NCBI GenBank assembly: GCA_963734545.1
Contig: CAVTHO010000008.1
Location: 672,001 to 736,000 of the forward strand
Direction of reading: 5' to 3'
From: an uncultured Spirochaetota bacterium
GTDB lineage: Bacteria; Spirochaetota; Spirochaetia; SZUA-6; Fen-1364
DNA: 64,000 bases
Of the stretch, positions 1-9,552 are shown one piece after another (position 1 is the first letter of the stretch; the number at the start of each line of letters is the position of its first letter). Both the position numbers and the translations under genes were made by a program. The notes under the pieces were generated by a model, which was given only the letters and a program-made list of their open reading frames with translations, was not told the origin of the DNA and did no database searches.

Positions 1-210
1 TCTACTTCGGCCTGTACTTCACGATGACGGGTCTGCACGCGCTGCACGTGATCATCGGCATGACCGTCCTGTCCGTCATCCTCGCATTCGTCGTCCGGGG
101 CAAGGCCACCCAGGAACGCTCGGCGATCCCTGGAGAACGCGGGGCTGTACTGGCACCTTGTGGACATCATCTGGATATTCCTCTTCCCGTTGTTCTACCT
201 GATCTCCTAG
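1..210 (+). CDS. coxC: Cytochrome c oxidase subunit III, 3' part (truncated by window edge; one frameshift near 130)
   Basis: Reads [19 protein letters not shown]...[25 protein letters not shown] across two frames; hallmark COX3 C-terminal motifs. Confidence 0.93.
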
Positions 211-213
211 GAG

Positions 214-486
214 GTGAGGATCTTGGCATACGCGCGCTACATATACATCTGGGTGGCCCTGCTCGTGCTCACGGCAATCACGGTGACCACGGCGAGCCTG
301 AACTTCGGACGGATCGGCATCCTCGTGGTCCTCGCCATTGCCGCGGTCAAGTCCACCCTGGTGCTTCTGTACTTCATGCACCTGAGCTCGGAGAAGCGGC
401 TTCTCCTGAAGCTCCTGGTCCCGATCGCCATCTGCACCCTGGCCATCTTCATCGGGCTCACGTACACCGACGTCCTGTACAGGTAG
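214..486 (+). CDS. coxD: Cytochrome c oxidase subunit IV (prokaryotic COX4/CtaF-like)
   Basis: 90 aa, three hydrophobic helices, IAAVKSTLVLLYFMHL motif, between subunit III and II genes. Confidence 0.9.
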   Translation: MRILAYARYIYIWVALLVLTAITVTTASLNFGRIGILVVLAIAAVKSTLVLLYFMHLSSEKRLLLKLLVPIAICTLAIFIGLTYTDVLYR

Positions 487-501
487 CGAGGGAGGAGGAA
501 C

Positions 502-1431
502 ATGCCGGTGAACACCACCGCGGCGGTCGACAGCACGTTCATCTACATCATGGTGTTCTGCTTCCTGCTGTTCGCCATCATCATGTTTCTCACGCTGTAC
601 TTCGTCGTGCGCTACCGCCGCAGCCGCAACCCGAGTCCTTCGGACATCTCGGGCAACTGCGATCGTGGAGACCATCTGGATTGCCGCGTCGGTGGTCCTG
701 GCCCTCGGCATGTTCTTCTACGGCCTCACCTGCTTTCAAGTTCCTCCGCACGGCTCCGGCCGATTCGATGGACGTGAAGGTCACGGCGCGGCAGTGGTCA
801 TGGCTCTTCACCTACGAGAACGGGAGGAAGAGCACCGACCTCGTGGTGCCGCAGGGGAAGAACGTGGCGCTCAACATGAAGTCCGTGGACGTGATCCACG
901 GGTTCTTCGTGCCCGCGTACCGGATCAAGCAGGACGTCGCTGCCGAGCATGACCACGCACGTGTGGTTCAAGGCCGCGGACCTGGGCACCTTCGACATCC
1001 TCTGCACGCAGTACTGCGGGCTGCAGCACTCGAAGATGCTGAGCCAGGTCTTCGTGGTTCCTGCCGCGGACTTCGACAAGTGGTACGCGGGAGAGGACGT
1101 CGACATTCCGGGGCTCACCTCGCAGGCTGAGAAAGAGGAAGACACCGGTGTCGCCCTCCTGCGCCAGAACGGATGCCTGGACTGCCACAGTCTCGACGGC
1201 AGGAAGCTCGTCGGGCCGACGTTCAAGGGTTTGTCCGGCAGCACCGTGGAGGTGCTCACCGGCGGCAGGAGGCACAGCCTGAAAGCGGACGAGGCGTACC
1301 TCGCCCGCTCGATCGTGGACCCGGGCGCCGATGTCGTGGTGGGATTCAGCAACATCATGCCGGCGGGCAAGGGGACGTACAGCGACGCGCAGCTTCACGA
1401 GATGGTCGAGGCCATTGCGGGAGCCGATTAA
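502..1431 (+). CDS. coxB: Cytochrome c oxidase subunit II with C-terminal cytochrome c domain (caa3 type); ~3 frameshifts
   Basis: SD GGAGG upstream; two TM helices, QWSW, DVIHGF, CuA motif CTQYCGLQHSKM, heme c motif CLDCH; stitched from ORFs 502..777, 665..952, 24..1130, 949..1431. Confidence 0.93.
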
Positions 1432-1450
1432 CGCAGAATCCGCAGGGGCG

Positions 1451-1489
1451 GGGCTCGCTCAAGTACATCCCTGTACTCGCTCGCCCTCG
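1451..1489 (-). repeat. Dispersed 39-bp structured element, module A, copy 1
   Basis: Minus strand CGAGGGCGAGCGA-GTACAGGGATGTACTTG-AGCGAGCCC; same flanks and length as 31777-31815, 31892-31930, 44614-44652. Confidence 0.85.
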
Positions 1490-1494
1490 GCATC

Positions 1495-1529
1495 CATAGG
1501 GCGGCAGGCGGGCTTGCCCGCCGAGAGCC
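1495..1529 (+). repeat. Dispersed structured element, module B (short form)
   Basis: CATAGGGCGGCAGGCG-GGCTTGCC-CGCCGAGAGCC; both ends match 31713-31775 and 31828-31890, which carry a longer insert. Confidence 0.7.
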
Positions 1530-1534
1530 CATGC

Positions 1535-3733
1535 CTACGCTAGTTGGCCGGGCCGGGCGGCCGGGGCTTCCAGCGGTCTCTTCTGAACGCCGAAAAAAGA
1601 CAGCGCCGCGTCCCGGGGGTCCGCGTCCCGGTAGAGAAATGCATACATCACCGACGAAACGAGGATCTTGCGTATATACTGGCGCGTTTCGGCGATGGGC
1701 AATGATTCGACAAAAAGATCGGCGGAAAGACCCCTTGCCGCCCTTTCCCACTGACGCAGGCGGGTGAGCCCGGCGTTGTAGGAGACCAGCGCCTTTGTCG
1801 GGCTGTCCACCCGGGACATCAGGTCTTTCAGGTGGCGCACGCCTATCGCAAGGTTCGTCGCAGGATCGCGGAGATCCGGATCCGTCATGCGCATCCTTAC
1901 GGCCACAGAGGCGGCCGTTGCCGGCATGAGCTGGGAAAGCCCGACCGCGCCGGCGCTCGACACGACGTCGGCATCGAAATAGCTTTCCTCGCGCACGAGG
2001 CCGTAGAGAATGTGGTCGGGGATACCCGCCCCGGCGGCCAATGGCTCGATGAGGTTTCCAAAGGCTTTCGGGTAGAAGAGCTGCAGCTCATCGAGTGTGA
2101 GCCTGCGCCTGCGCGCAATGGTGCCCACAAGATACATCGAGCTCCTCGTGTCTCCTGCCAGAGCGAATCGACGCGCGGCCTCCCGGAGCTGCCCTGCCGA
2201 GAGACTCTCACGGCCCGGCCAGATCCTGCTGTATGCCTGCTGCGTCAGGCCGAAGGGAAGGAAGCCCATGACAAGGGGGTCCAAAACCGCCTTGTTCTCC
2301 GCCTCCTCCGGCGGCGCTGCAGGAACGGCGCGGTCGGGGAGCTCGCCCAGCAGGCTCGAGGCCAGTATGCCGTAGTATCCCGTGGGATTCCTGCGGGCGG
2401 AATCGACAAACAGCTCGCGCGCGGAAATGGAAGGCACGCCCGGCAGCCTCGCCAGCTCGCCCTCCTGCCACGCGCGCGCCAGTACATAGGAAAGCTGCGC
2501 GCGCACGTCGTCGGGCCCGGTCGTGTCCAGCACGCGCCAGAGCTCGATCAGCATCTTCCAGTCTCTTGCTGCCACGAAGTCCGCAACCTTGTCTTCCAGC
2601 AGGGAAGAGAAGTAGCCGGGATCGCGCCAGGAAGCTGTCTCGGATCTGATCTGGGAGACGAGGTCGGATCGGTTCGTGTCCAGCAGAACATCCAGGATGT
2701 ACCAGTGGGCCCGCTCGCGCTGACCCAGGGTGGGCGCCTCGGCAGCCACTGCCCGGAGGTCTGAAAGCGCATGCGTGTAATCCCGGACGCGCCGGTAAAG
2801 CCTTCCCGCCTGCTCGCGCGCATCCACGCTCGCCTGGCCGGTGAGCCGCCCGGCGAGCGTCTCCATGAACCTCGCGCCCGCGGCCTGCCGGCCGGCAGAG
2901 CCGTACGCATTCCCGAGGTCGATCACCAGTGCCCCGTCGGCGACTTTCGAGGGCTCGATGGCGCTCAGCACGCCCTCCATGAGAGGGAGCCCGCCGTCCC
3001 AGTCCCCCTGCACGAATGCATTCTTGGCGGCAATCAGGTCGCGCTCCAGCGGGGAGAAAAGCTGCAGGTACTCCGGTGCCGCCGTCAGGAAGGTAGAGAT
3101 CCTCCCGTGCAGTGACGAGGCCCTTTCCCTGACAAAAAGCTGCATCACGAGGTCATGCGCGGAGGGCAGCTGCAGGCGCAGGGAGCTCACGGCACGAAAC
3201 AGCAGGACCTCGGGATCCGGATTCTGGAGGAGCGCGGCTTCCTGGAGCACGGCCGCATCGTCCTTGTTCCAGTACAGTCCCTCCACGAGGACCCTCCGTG
3301 CGTTCTGCTCCATGTCCCCGGACCGGGAAGACGAAAGAAGACGCCGCGCCACGGCGATGGCCTTGTCGTAGCTGTTCTGGGCAAGGTATCTCTGGCCAAG
3401 GAGAAGCCCCGCTTCCTCCTTCCAGGGGCCCGGGCTTCTGCTCCACGCCAGCTCGAGCATTCGCAGCGCCTGGGAAGGCCGGGCGATGGAATCGAATACG
3501 AACGAAAGGTAGTACGGCGCTTCGGGTGAGATGGAAAGCGCATCGGCGGGGTCCTGGGAGGCAAAGTCCACCGTGGCCAGGGACTGGTAGTCGGCCCGCG
3601 CAAGACCTGCCTTCAGCTCGTCTTCGGGCAGTCCCCAGACCTCCCGCGCGCCGCATCCCGCGGCAAGAAGGGGGAGAGCGATCAGGGCGATCAGGATTTC
3701 AATTCTCAGGTATGGTGATCCGTGTGCCCGCAA
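1535..3733 (-). CDS. Soluble lytic transglycosylase (SLT domain) lipoprotein with TPR-like helical region
   Basis: C-terminal SLT motifs REES, GAVGLSQLMP, SYNAG, ETRQY; N-terminal lipobox-like LAAGC; start codon uncertain. Confidence 0.9.
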   Translation of the reverse strand: MRAHGSPYLRIEILIALIALPLLAAGCGAREVWGLPEDELKAGLARADYQSLATVDFASQDPADALSISPEAPYYLSFVFDSIARPSQALRMLELAWSRSPGPWKEEAGLLLGQRYLAQNSYDKAIAVARRLLSSSRSGDMEQNARRVLVEGLYWNKDDAAVLQEAALLQNPDPEVLLFRAVSSLRLQLPSAHDLVMQLFVRERASSLHGRISTFLTAAPEYLQLFSPLERDLIAAKNAFVQGDWDGGLPLMEGVLSAIEPSKVADGALVIDLGNAYGSAGRQAAGARFMETLAGRLTGQASVDAREQAGRLYRRVRDYTHALSDLRAVAAEAPTLGQRERAHWYILDVLLDTNRSDLVSQIRSETASWRDPGYFSSLLEDKVADFVAARDWKMLIELWRVLDTTGPDDVRAQLSYVLARAWQEGELARLPGVPSISARELFVDSARRNPTGYYGILASSLLGELPDRAVPAAPPEEAENKAVLDPLVMGFLPFGLTQQAYSRIWPGRESLSAGQLREAARRFALAGDTRSSMYLVGTIARRRRLTLDELQLFYPKAFGNLIEPLAAGAGIPDHILYGLVREESYFDADVVSSAGAVGLSQLMPATAASVAVRMRMTDPDLRDPATNLAIGVRHLKDLMSRVDSPTKALVSYNAGLTRLRQWERAARGLSADLFVESLPIAETRQYIRKILVSSVMYAFLYRDADPRDAALSFFGVQKRPLEAPAARPGQLA

Positions 3734-4601
3734 AAATCAGATCCGGATTCTTGATGGAATTGGCCTTGGCCAGCTTGGGGTACAGCCACGGGTTGCGGTA
3801 GTAGGTAGCCGATATGTCCCACAGCGTGTCGCCGTTCTTGATCCTGTAAGTGACTCCGCCCGCCGGCTTTGACGGCGTCGGCGCGGCGGGAGCAGCGGCC
3901 TGCGGGGCAGGCGCCACGGGAGCCGGCTGCGCGGCAGGAGCAGGCTGCGCCACGGGCTCGGGCTGCGGTGAAGGCGCCTGCGCGGCGGGCGCTGTTGCCG
4001 CGCCTGTCGTGCCAAGTGAAGGCGCGTGCGGTCCCGAAATGCTTCTGTAGACGAAGTATGCGATGGCCGCCACGAGCAGCACGCCGAAGATCACGAAGAG
4101 AACCAGGAGCAGGATATTAGGACCCTTGGCGTGCACGCGCTCCCGTCTGCGATCCTCTTGGGTCACCGGGTAGCTCTCACCGGTGAGAGGCGGCTCCTCG
4201 AAGTCCGCTCTTCCCGTCGGGGTGTCCTCCACCTCGAATTCAGGCTCCTCGTACGTGTCTTCCGCGGAAAGCGTCGTAATGGTGGTCGAGAATTTCTGCG
4301 ATTCACCGGTCCGGTTGTCACTGGCCCGGGCGGAAAGCTGCCCATCGTCGTCAATGCCGAGGAGAAGCTCGATCTCCGGTTCACCCTGGGAAGCCGGGGG
4401 AATGTTCTCGATGATCAGGCTGCCGATGTAGTGGGCCTCGGACAGGGTCGTGCCGTTTCCACGGTACAGGTCGATCTGGACTTTGCCCTGATTTTTCTTG
4501 GCGGTGGTCAGGGTGAGCTTCTTCGTGCCCGTGAAGCCGTGCTCGAGGACAGGGTAGTAGGATCCGTCTGCGACCTTGATTCCGATCGTCGAATCGCCCA
4601 A
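3699..4601 (-). CDS. Hsp70 substrate-binding-like domain / TM / LysM protein
   Basis: N-term TTAKKNQGKVQIDLYRG...IGSLIIENIPPA..GEPEIELLLGIDDDGQL resembles the DnaK SBD-beta; one TM; Pro/Ala linker; C-term LysM YRIKNGDTLWDIS...NPDLIFAG. Confidence 0.85.
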   Translation of the reverse strand: MGDSTIGIKVADGSYYPVLEHGFTGTKKLTLTTAKKNQGKVQIDLYRGNGTTLSEAHYIGSLIIENIPPASQGEPEIELLLGIDDDGQLSARASDNRTGESQKFSTTITTLSAEDTYEEPEFEVEDTPTGRADFEEPPLTGESYPVTQEDRRRERVHAKGPNILLLVLFVIFGVLLVAAIAYFVYRSISGPHAPSLGTTGAATAPAAQAPSPQPEPVAQPAPAAQPAPVAPAPQAAAPAAPTPSKPAGGVTYRIKNGDTLWDISATYYRNPWLYPKLAKANSIKNPDLIFAGTRITIPEN

Positions 4602-4626
4602 ACCTCAGGCTCCCCCTAACAAAAAA

Positions 4627-4655
4627 ATCCTACCCTGCCGCCGGCCATTTGTCAA
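4627..4655 (-). promoter_or_regulatory. Sigma70-type promoter for the LysM-slt pair
   Basis: Minus strand TTGACA (4655-4650), 17 nt, TAGGAT (4632-4627). Confidence 0.65.
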
Positions 4656-5316
4656 TAACGGGACGGGGCAAGAATGGCCAGGCAGCGTTCCTCCTGCAGG
4701 AACGGTGTATGGAGAGGCCGCAACTCGAGGCTGAAACGCCCGGGCATGAGGCGGTCGACCTCTTCGAACTCCTCCCGCGCGCGCTCTTGTTTTCCCTTGT
4801 AGGCAGCGATCGTCCGCCAGTGTATGGCACTGCGCCCGATGTCCTCCAGCAACCGGCCCAGCGGCGCCACGGCCCGGAAGGTCACGACGTCGAACTCTCC
4901 TGTCATTACGGCCAGGTCGCTCCGGGCGACTTTCACCCGCGAAAGACCCAGGAGGATCGCGCAGGTCTCCAGAAATACGGCCCTGCGCGTCATGCGCTCC
5001 AGGAGCATGAAGGTCGTATCCGGCAGCGCGACAGCCAGGGGGATGCCCGGAAAACCGGCGCCCGAGCCCACGTCGAGCACGGCTCCCGATGCAGACACCG
5101 CCTCGCGCAGGGCTGTCCACGCGGAGAGGGAATCCAGCACGTGTTTGACGATGAGCTCCGCCTCCCGTCGTACTTCACCAGCCCGAACCGCGGGTTCCAG
5201 CGCTCGATCTCGGCGATGTATTTTTCCAGCAGGGCCTGCGCCGGTTCTGCAGGCGCGATCCCGAGCTGCGCCAGGCCCTCGCGAAGCACCACGGCGGGAT
5301 CTGCGGGAGCGCTCAT
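4652..5316 (-). CDS. rsmG: 16S rRNA m7G527 methyltransferase RsmG (GidB); frameshift near 5165
   Basis: [32 protein letters not shown] motifs; follows mnmG with ATGA overlap. Confidence 0.93.
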
Positions 5317-7187
5317 GAGCCGCCTTTCCTGAGGTGGAGCATGAGCACCGCGATGTCCGGGGGCCGCACGCCGGGGATGCGCGAGGCCTGGCCCACGGAG
5401 GCGGGTCGTATCCGTTTGAGCTTCTCCCCGGCTTCGGAGGAGACCCCGGTCAGGGAATCCCAGTTGAACCCCGCGGAATGCGCTTCTCCTCCATGCCGCG
5501 GAACCGTCCCACCAGCTCGTCCTGGCGCCGGATGTAGCCCTCGTATTTCACCTCGCACTCGGCCAGGTCGAGCCATTCGGGCGGAGCGCCGCAAAGGACG
5601 GGTCACGGAGGGCCAGCGCGGCAATCGAAAGCTTCGGGTCCTTCAGCGCCTGCTCGAAGCTCCGTCCCCTGTGCGCCTCGAGAACCGGCAGCGCGGCGGC
5701 ATCGTCGCCCGCCACCCTGCGGGTGCGCAGCAGCTCGCGGACCTCCTCGATTCCGCGGATCTTGCGCTCCAGTTTTTCCATGGCCGCGTCTGCCTGCAGG
5801 CCGATCCTGTGGCCGCGCGGGAAGAAGGCGGATGTCCGCCGTGTCGTGCCGCAGCGACAGTCGGTACTCGGCCCGGGAGGTGAAGAGGCGGTAGGGCTCC
5901 TCCGTGCCCAGCGTGACGAGGTCGTCCACCATGACGCCGATGTAGGCCTCCGCGCGTGAGAGCACCAGCGGTTCCTTTCCCTGAAGACGAAGGGCCGCGT
6001 TGATTCCCGCCAGAAGCCCCTGCGCGGCAGCCTCCTCGTATCCCGAGGTGCCGTTGGTCTGTCCCGCGACAAAGAGCCCGTCGAGACTCTTCGCCATCAG
6101 GCTGGGAAAGAGCTGGGTCGGCTGGAGATAGTCGTACTCCACCGCGTAGCCGGGCCGCACGATCTGCAGGTTCTCCAGGCCGGGAATCGTGCGCAGGAAC
6201 GCATCCTGCACGTCCTCGGGCAGCGAGGAGGAAACGCCGTTCAGGTACACCTCGTCGGTCCCGAGTCCTTCCGGCTCCACGAACACCTGGTGACGCGCCC
6301 TTTCCGGGAAATCGCACCACCTTGTCCTCGATGGACGGACAGTACCGCGGGCCCCGTCCGACGATTTTCCCTCCGTAGAGCGGCGAGCGATGGATGTTGT
6401 CCCGTGATGATGCGGTGCGTGGCGTCGTTCGTGTAGGTGATCCAGCAGGGAACGGCGGGCCGCTCCACTTTCTCGTTGGAGAATGAGAACGGCAGAGCGC
6501 GCGGGTCCGGAAGCTGTCTCTCCATGCGCGCATAGTCCAGGGACGCGCCCCAGGCCGCGCGCGGAGGTGCCTGTCTTCAGCCTGCCGACCGTGAACCCTC
6601 TGCGGCGCAGGCTCGATCCCAGGCCGACCGCGGCAGGCTCTCCCAGCCGGCCGCCCGGCGCGCTCCACTCCCCGATGAAGAGCGTGCCCTCCATGAACGT
6701 GCCCGTGGTCAGCACCACGGTCCGGGCGAATATCCGCTTGCCCCGCTCGGTGACGCACCCCTTGCACGCGCGCCGCGGCCGCATCCACGATCAGATCGGT
6801 CACCGTGTCCTGAAAGAGCGAGAGACCCTTCTGCTCCTCGAGGGTCCGCTTTGCGAGCGCCGCGTACGCCTGCTTGTCCGCCTGCGCCCGCGGCGCCTGC
6901 ACGGCCGGGCCCCGGCTCGCGTTGAGCATGCGGAACTGGATCATCGTGGCATCGATGAGCTTGCCCATCTGGCCGCCCAGCGCGTCGATCTCGCGCACGA
7001 GGTTTCCCTTGGCAATCCCGCCGATGGCGGGATTGCAGGACATCTTGCCGATGCAGTCGAGGTTCTGCGTGACCAGCAGGGTGGAGAAACCCAGCCGCGC
7101 GAGCGCGAGGGATGCCTCGATGCCGGCATGGCCCGCCGCCGATGACGATGGCATCGTAGTCGCAGGCGCGCGCGCTGATCTGTCCAC
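5313..7187 (-). CDS. mnmG: tRNA uridine-5-carboxymethylaminomethyl(34) synthesis enzyme MnmG (GidA); several frameshifts
   Basis: [57 protein letters not shown] motifs over ORFs 5643..7187, 5603..6784, 5313..5624. Confidence 0.96.
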
Positions 7188-7188
7188 G

Positions 7189-8539
7189 CTATTTCCCCAC
7201 GCAGAAAGCGGAGAACATCCGGTCGAGCACCTCGGCGCTGGTCACCTCGCCGGTGATCTCGCCCAGCGCGTCCAGCGCGTCGGAAAGGTCCACGGCAAGG
7301 AGGTCCGGGGTGACGCCGCGGGAGCGCGCCTCCCGAAACCGGGCAAGGCCGCGAGCGCGCGCTGGATGAGGTCTTTCTGCCTCTGCGAGTCAATGAGAGG
7401 CTCTCCTGATTCCACGGTCGGTGCCGCCGAGCACCGCGTCCGCGATGGCCTTTTCCAGCCTGTCCAGCCCCTGCCCGGTGACGGCGCTCACCGCAACATA
7501 GCCGGGAGGCCCCGGCGGGACGCCCGGCAGGTCCGTCTTGTTCCACACCGGGAGAAGCGGCGCGCTCCCCGTCCAACCTGCCATGAACTGCCGATCTTCC
7601 TCCGCAACGCCCCTGCTTCCGTCCACAAGGTACACCACCGCGTCCGCGGCGCGGATCACCTCTTCGGTACGGCGCATGCCTTCGATCTCCAGCGGATCAG
7701 CGGACGGGCGCAGCCCGGCCGTGTCGAACAGGCGCACCGGTATGCCCGACAGGCTGATCATGCCCTCCAGCCAGTCGCGCGTGGTGCCGTGAATCTCCGA
7801 TACGATCGCCCTCTCCTGGCGGAGCAGGAGATTGAACAGGCTGGACTTGCCCGAGTTGGTGGCGCCGGCAATGGCGACGGCAACCCCTTCCTGGTATATC
7901 CTGCCGCGACGGTACGAACCGGTGCAGACTCTCGAGCATGCCGACGGTCGTCTCCAGCTTTGCCTCGTCGATCGTGTCCCCCGGCTCGTCTTCCGGGGAA
8001 TCGATCATCACCTCGAGCGCCGCGCGGAGCTCCACCAGGGCGTCACGGGATGCCCTGATCCTCGTCTCTATCGCGCCGGCGAGGCGCTGCAGCGCAAGGG
8101 CGCGCGCCTTGTCCGTTTTTGCCCTCACGATCTCGTTCACCGCCTCGGCCCGGGTGAGATCCATGCGGCCGTTCAGAAAAGCGCGCTGCGTGAACTCTCC
8201 CGGGCCTGCCGGGCGGAACCCCGCGCGCGTGAGAAGCGACAGCACCCTCTGGATCACCGGGAGGCCGCCGTGGCAGAAGATCTCGGCGCTGTCCTGTCCC
8301 GTGTAGCTGCGCGGCGCCTTGTAGACGGCCATCAGCACCTCGTCGACGTCTTCCTCACCGTCACGCATGACCAGCCGGTGGATCGTATGGCCTTTCATCC
8401 GCGCCGTGTCCCTGCCGCCCTTCAGAAGCCGCGAGAGGAGGGAGAGGGAGCCCGGGCCGGAAACGCGGATCACGGCGAGCGCGCTGGACACGGCAGCAGT
8501 GGCGAGAGCCGCTATGGGATCGTCGGGGGAATAGATCAC
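7189..8539 (-). CDS. mnmE: tRNA modification GTPase MnmE (TrmE); several frameshifts
   Basis: DPIAALAT, SYTGQDSAEIFCHGG, PGEFTQRAFLNGRMDL, DTAGLR, NKTD, C-terminal CVGK*. Confidence 0.95.
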
Positions 8540-8548
8540 GGCCAAGAG

Positions 8549-8577
8549 AGGATAGCGGTTCGCCCTGGCGTGTGCAA
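8549..8577 (-). promoter_or_regulatory. Putative promoter of mnmE (leaderless or very short leader)
   Basis: Minus strand TTGCAC, 17 nt, TATCCT, then 9 nt to GTG at 8539; no SD. Confidence 0.5.
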
Positions 8578-8644
8578 GTTCGGGGCGCGGAGGCGCGCAA
8601 AACCGCCATGGCTGCGCGCCGCGCTGCAATCGCCCGCGTGGATG

Positions 8645-8674
8645 TTGACCGGGCCGCGGCGGCCCGCGTAGCAT
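8645..8674 (+). promoter_or_regulatory. Putative promoter of TauE gene (leaderless)
   Basis: TTGACC, 18 nt, TAGCAT, then 8 nt to ATG 8683; no SD. Confidence 0.5.
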
Positions 8675-8682
8675 TCCCCTGC

Positions 8683-9520
8683 ATGAGCGTGGCGTGGTTT
8701 GTCCCCATCGGCATTTTCATCGGCGTCTACGGCACGCTCATCGGCGCGGGGGGCGGCTTCATCCTGGTGCCGATCCTCGTATTCCTCTTTCCACAGGACG
8801 GCCCGTCCATGATCACCGCGTCGTCACTTGCCGTCATCTGCGCCAACGCTGCTTCCGGCACCATTGCGTACGCGCGGATGAAGCGAATCAGCTACAAGAC
8901 GGGAGCTCTCTTCGCGGCCGCGTCGATCCCCGGAGCGTTCATCGGCTCCGCCCTCACGCGCTTCATTCCCAGAAGAGTATTCGGAGTTCTTTTCGGCGGG
9001 CTGCTCATGGCTGTCGCGGTATTCCTCTCCGTCACCCGGGGCATCCGCCGACAGGGCCCGGTCGGGGCGAGGGAAGGACGCGGACCCGCGCGCGCATGGG
9101 GGAGCGTGCGCGACACGGTTGTGGACAGGGAAGGCAGGTCTCATCCCCTGTCATTCAACCTGCTGGTCGGCACTGGGTCTCAGCATGCTCATCGGATTCC
9201 TGGCAACCCTGGTCGGCATCGGCGGCGGGCTGATCCACGTGCCCGTGCTCACGTACCTATTCAATTTTCCCCTGCACATCGCGACGGCAACCTCCCATTT
9301 TGTGCTCTTCTTCACCGCGCTCACCGGTGTCGTGGAGCACATTCTCGACCACACCTGGCCCACCCACCTGCTGCGCGATGCATGCCTTGCGGCGGGCGTC
9401 ATCGGCGGCGCCCAGGTCGGCGCATTCCTGTCCCGAAAGATCTCCGCCCCGTGGATCGTCCTGGCCCTGGCAATAGCTCTCGGCTTCGTGGGTGTGCGTC
9501 TCGTGCTTACCGCGTTGTAG
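8683..9520 (+). CDS. Sulfite exporter TauE/SafE family membrane protein; frameshift near 9175
   Basis: Two GxGGG repeats (LIGAGGGFILVP; LVGIGGGLIHVP), ATATSHF, ~8 TM helices. Confidence 0.88.
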
Positions 9521-9552
9521 GATTCGTGCTAACCTTGCCGGGGAGAATCGCA

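Noticed and set aside
4652-8539. mnmE, mnmG and rsmG as pseudogenes or programmed frameshifts
   Set aside because: Catalytic motifs are intact, there is no nonsense decay, and similar indels hit many unrelated genes; most simply sequencing error
8540-8682. Replication origin next to mnmE/mnmG
   Set aside because: Short GC-rich gap with no DnaA boxes or AT-rich unwinding element
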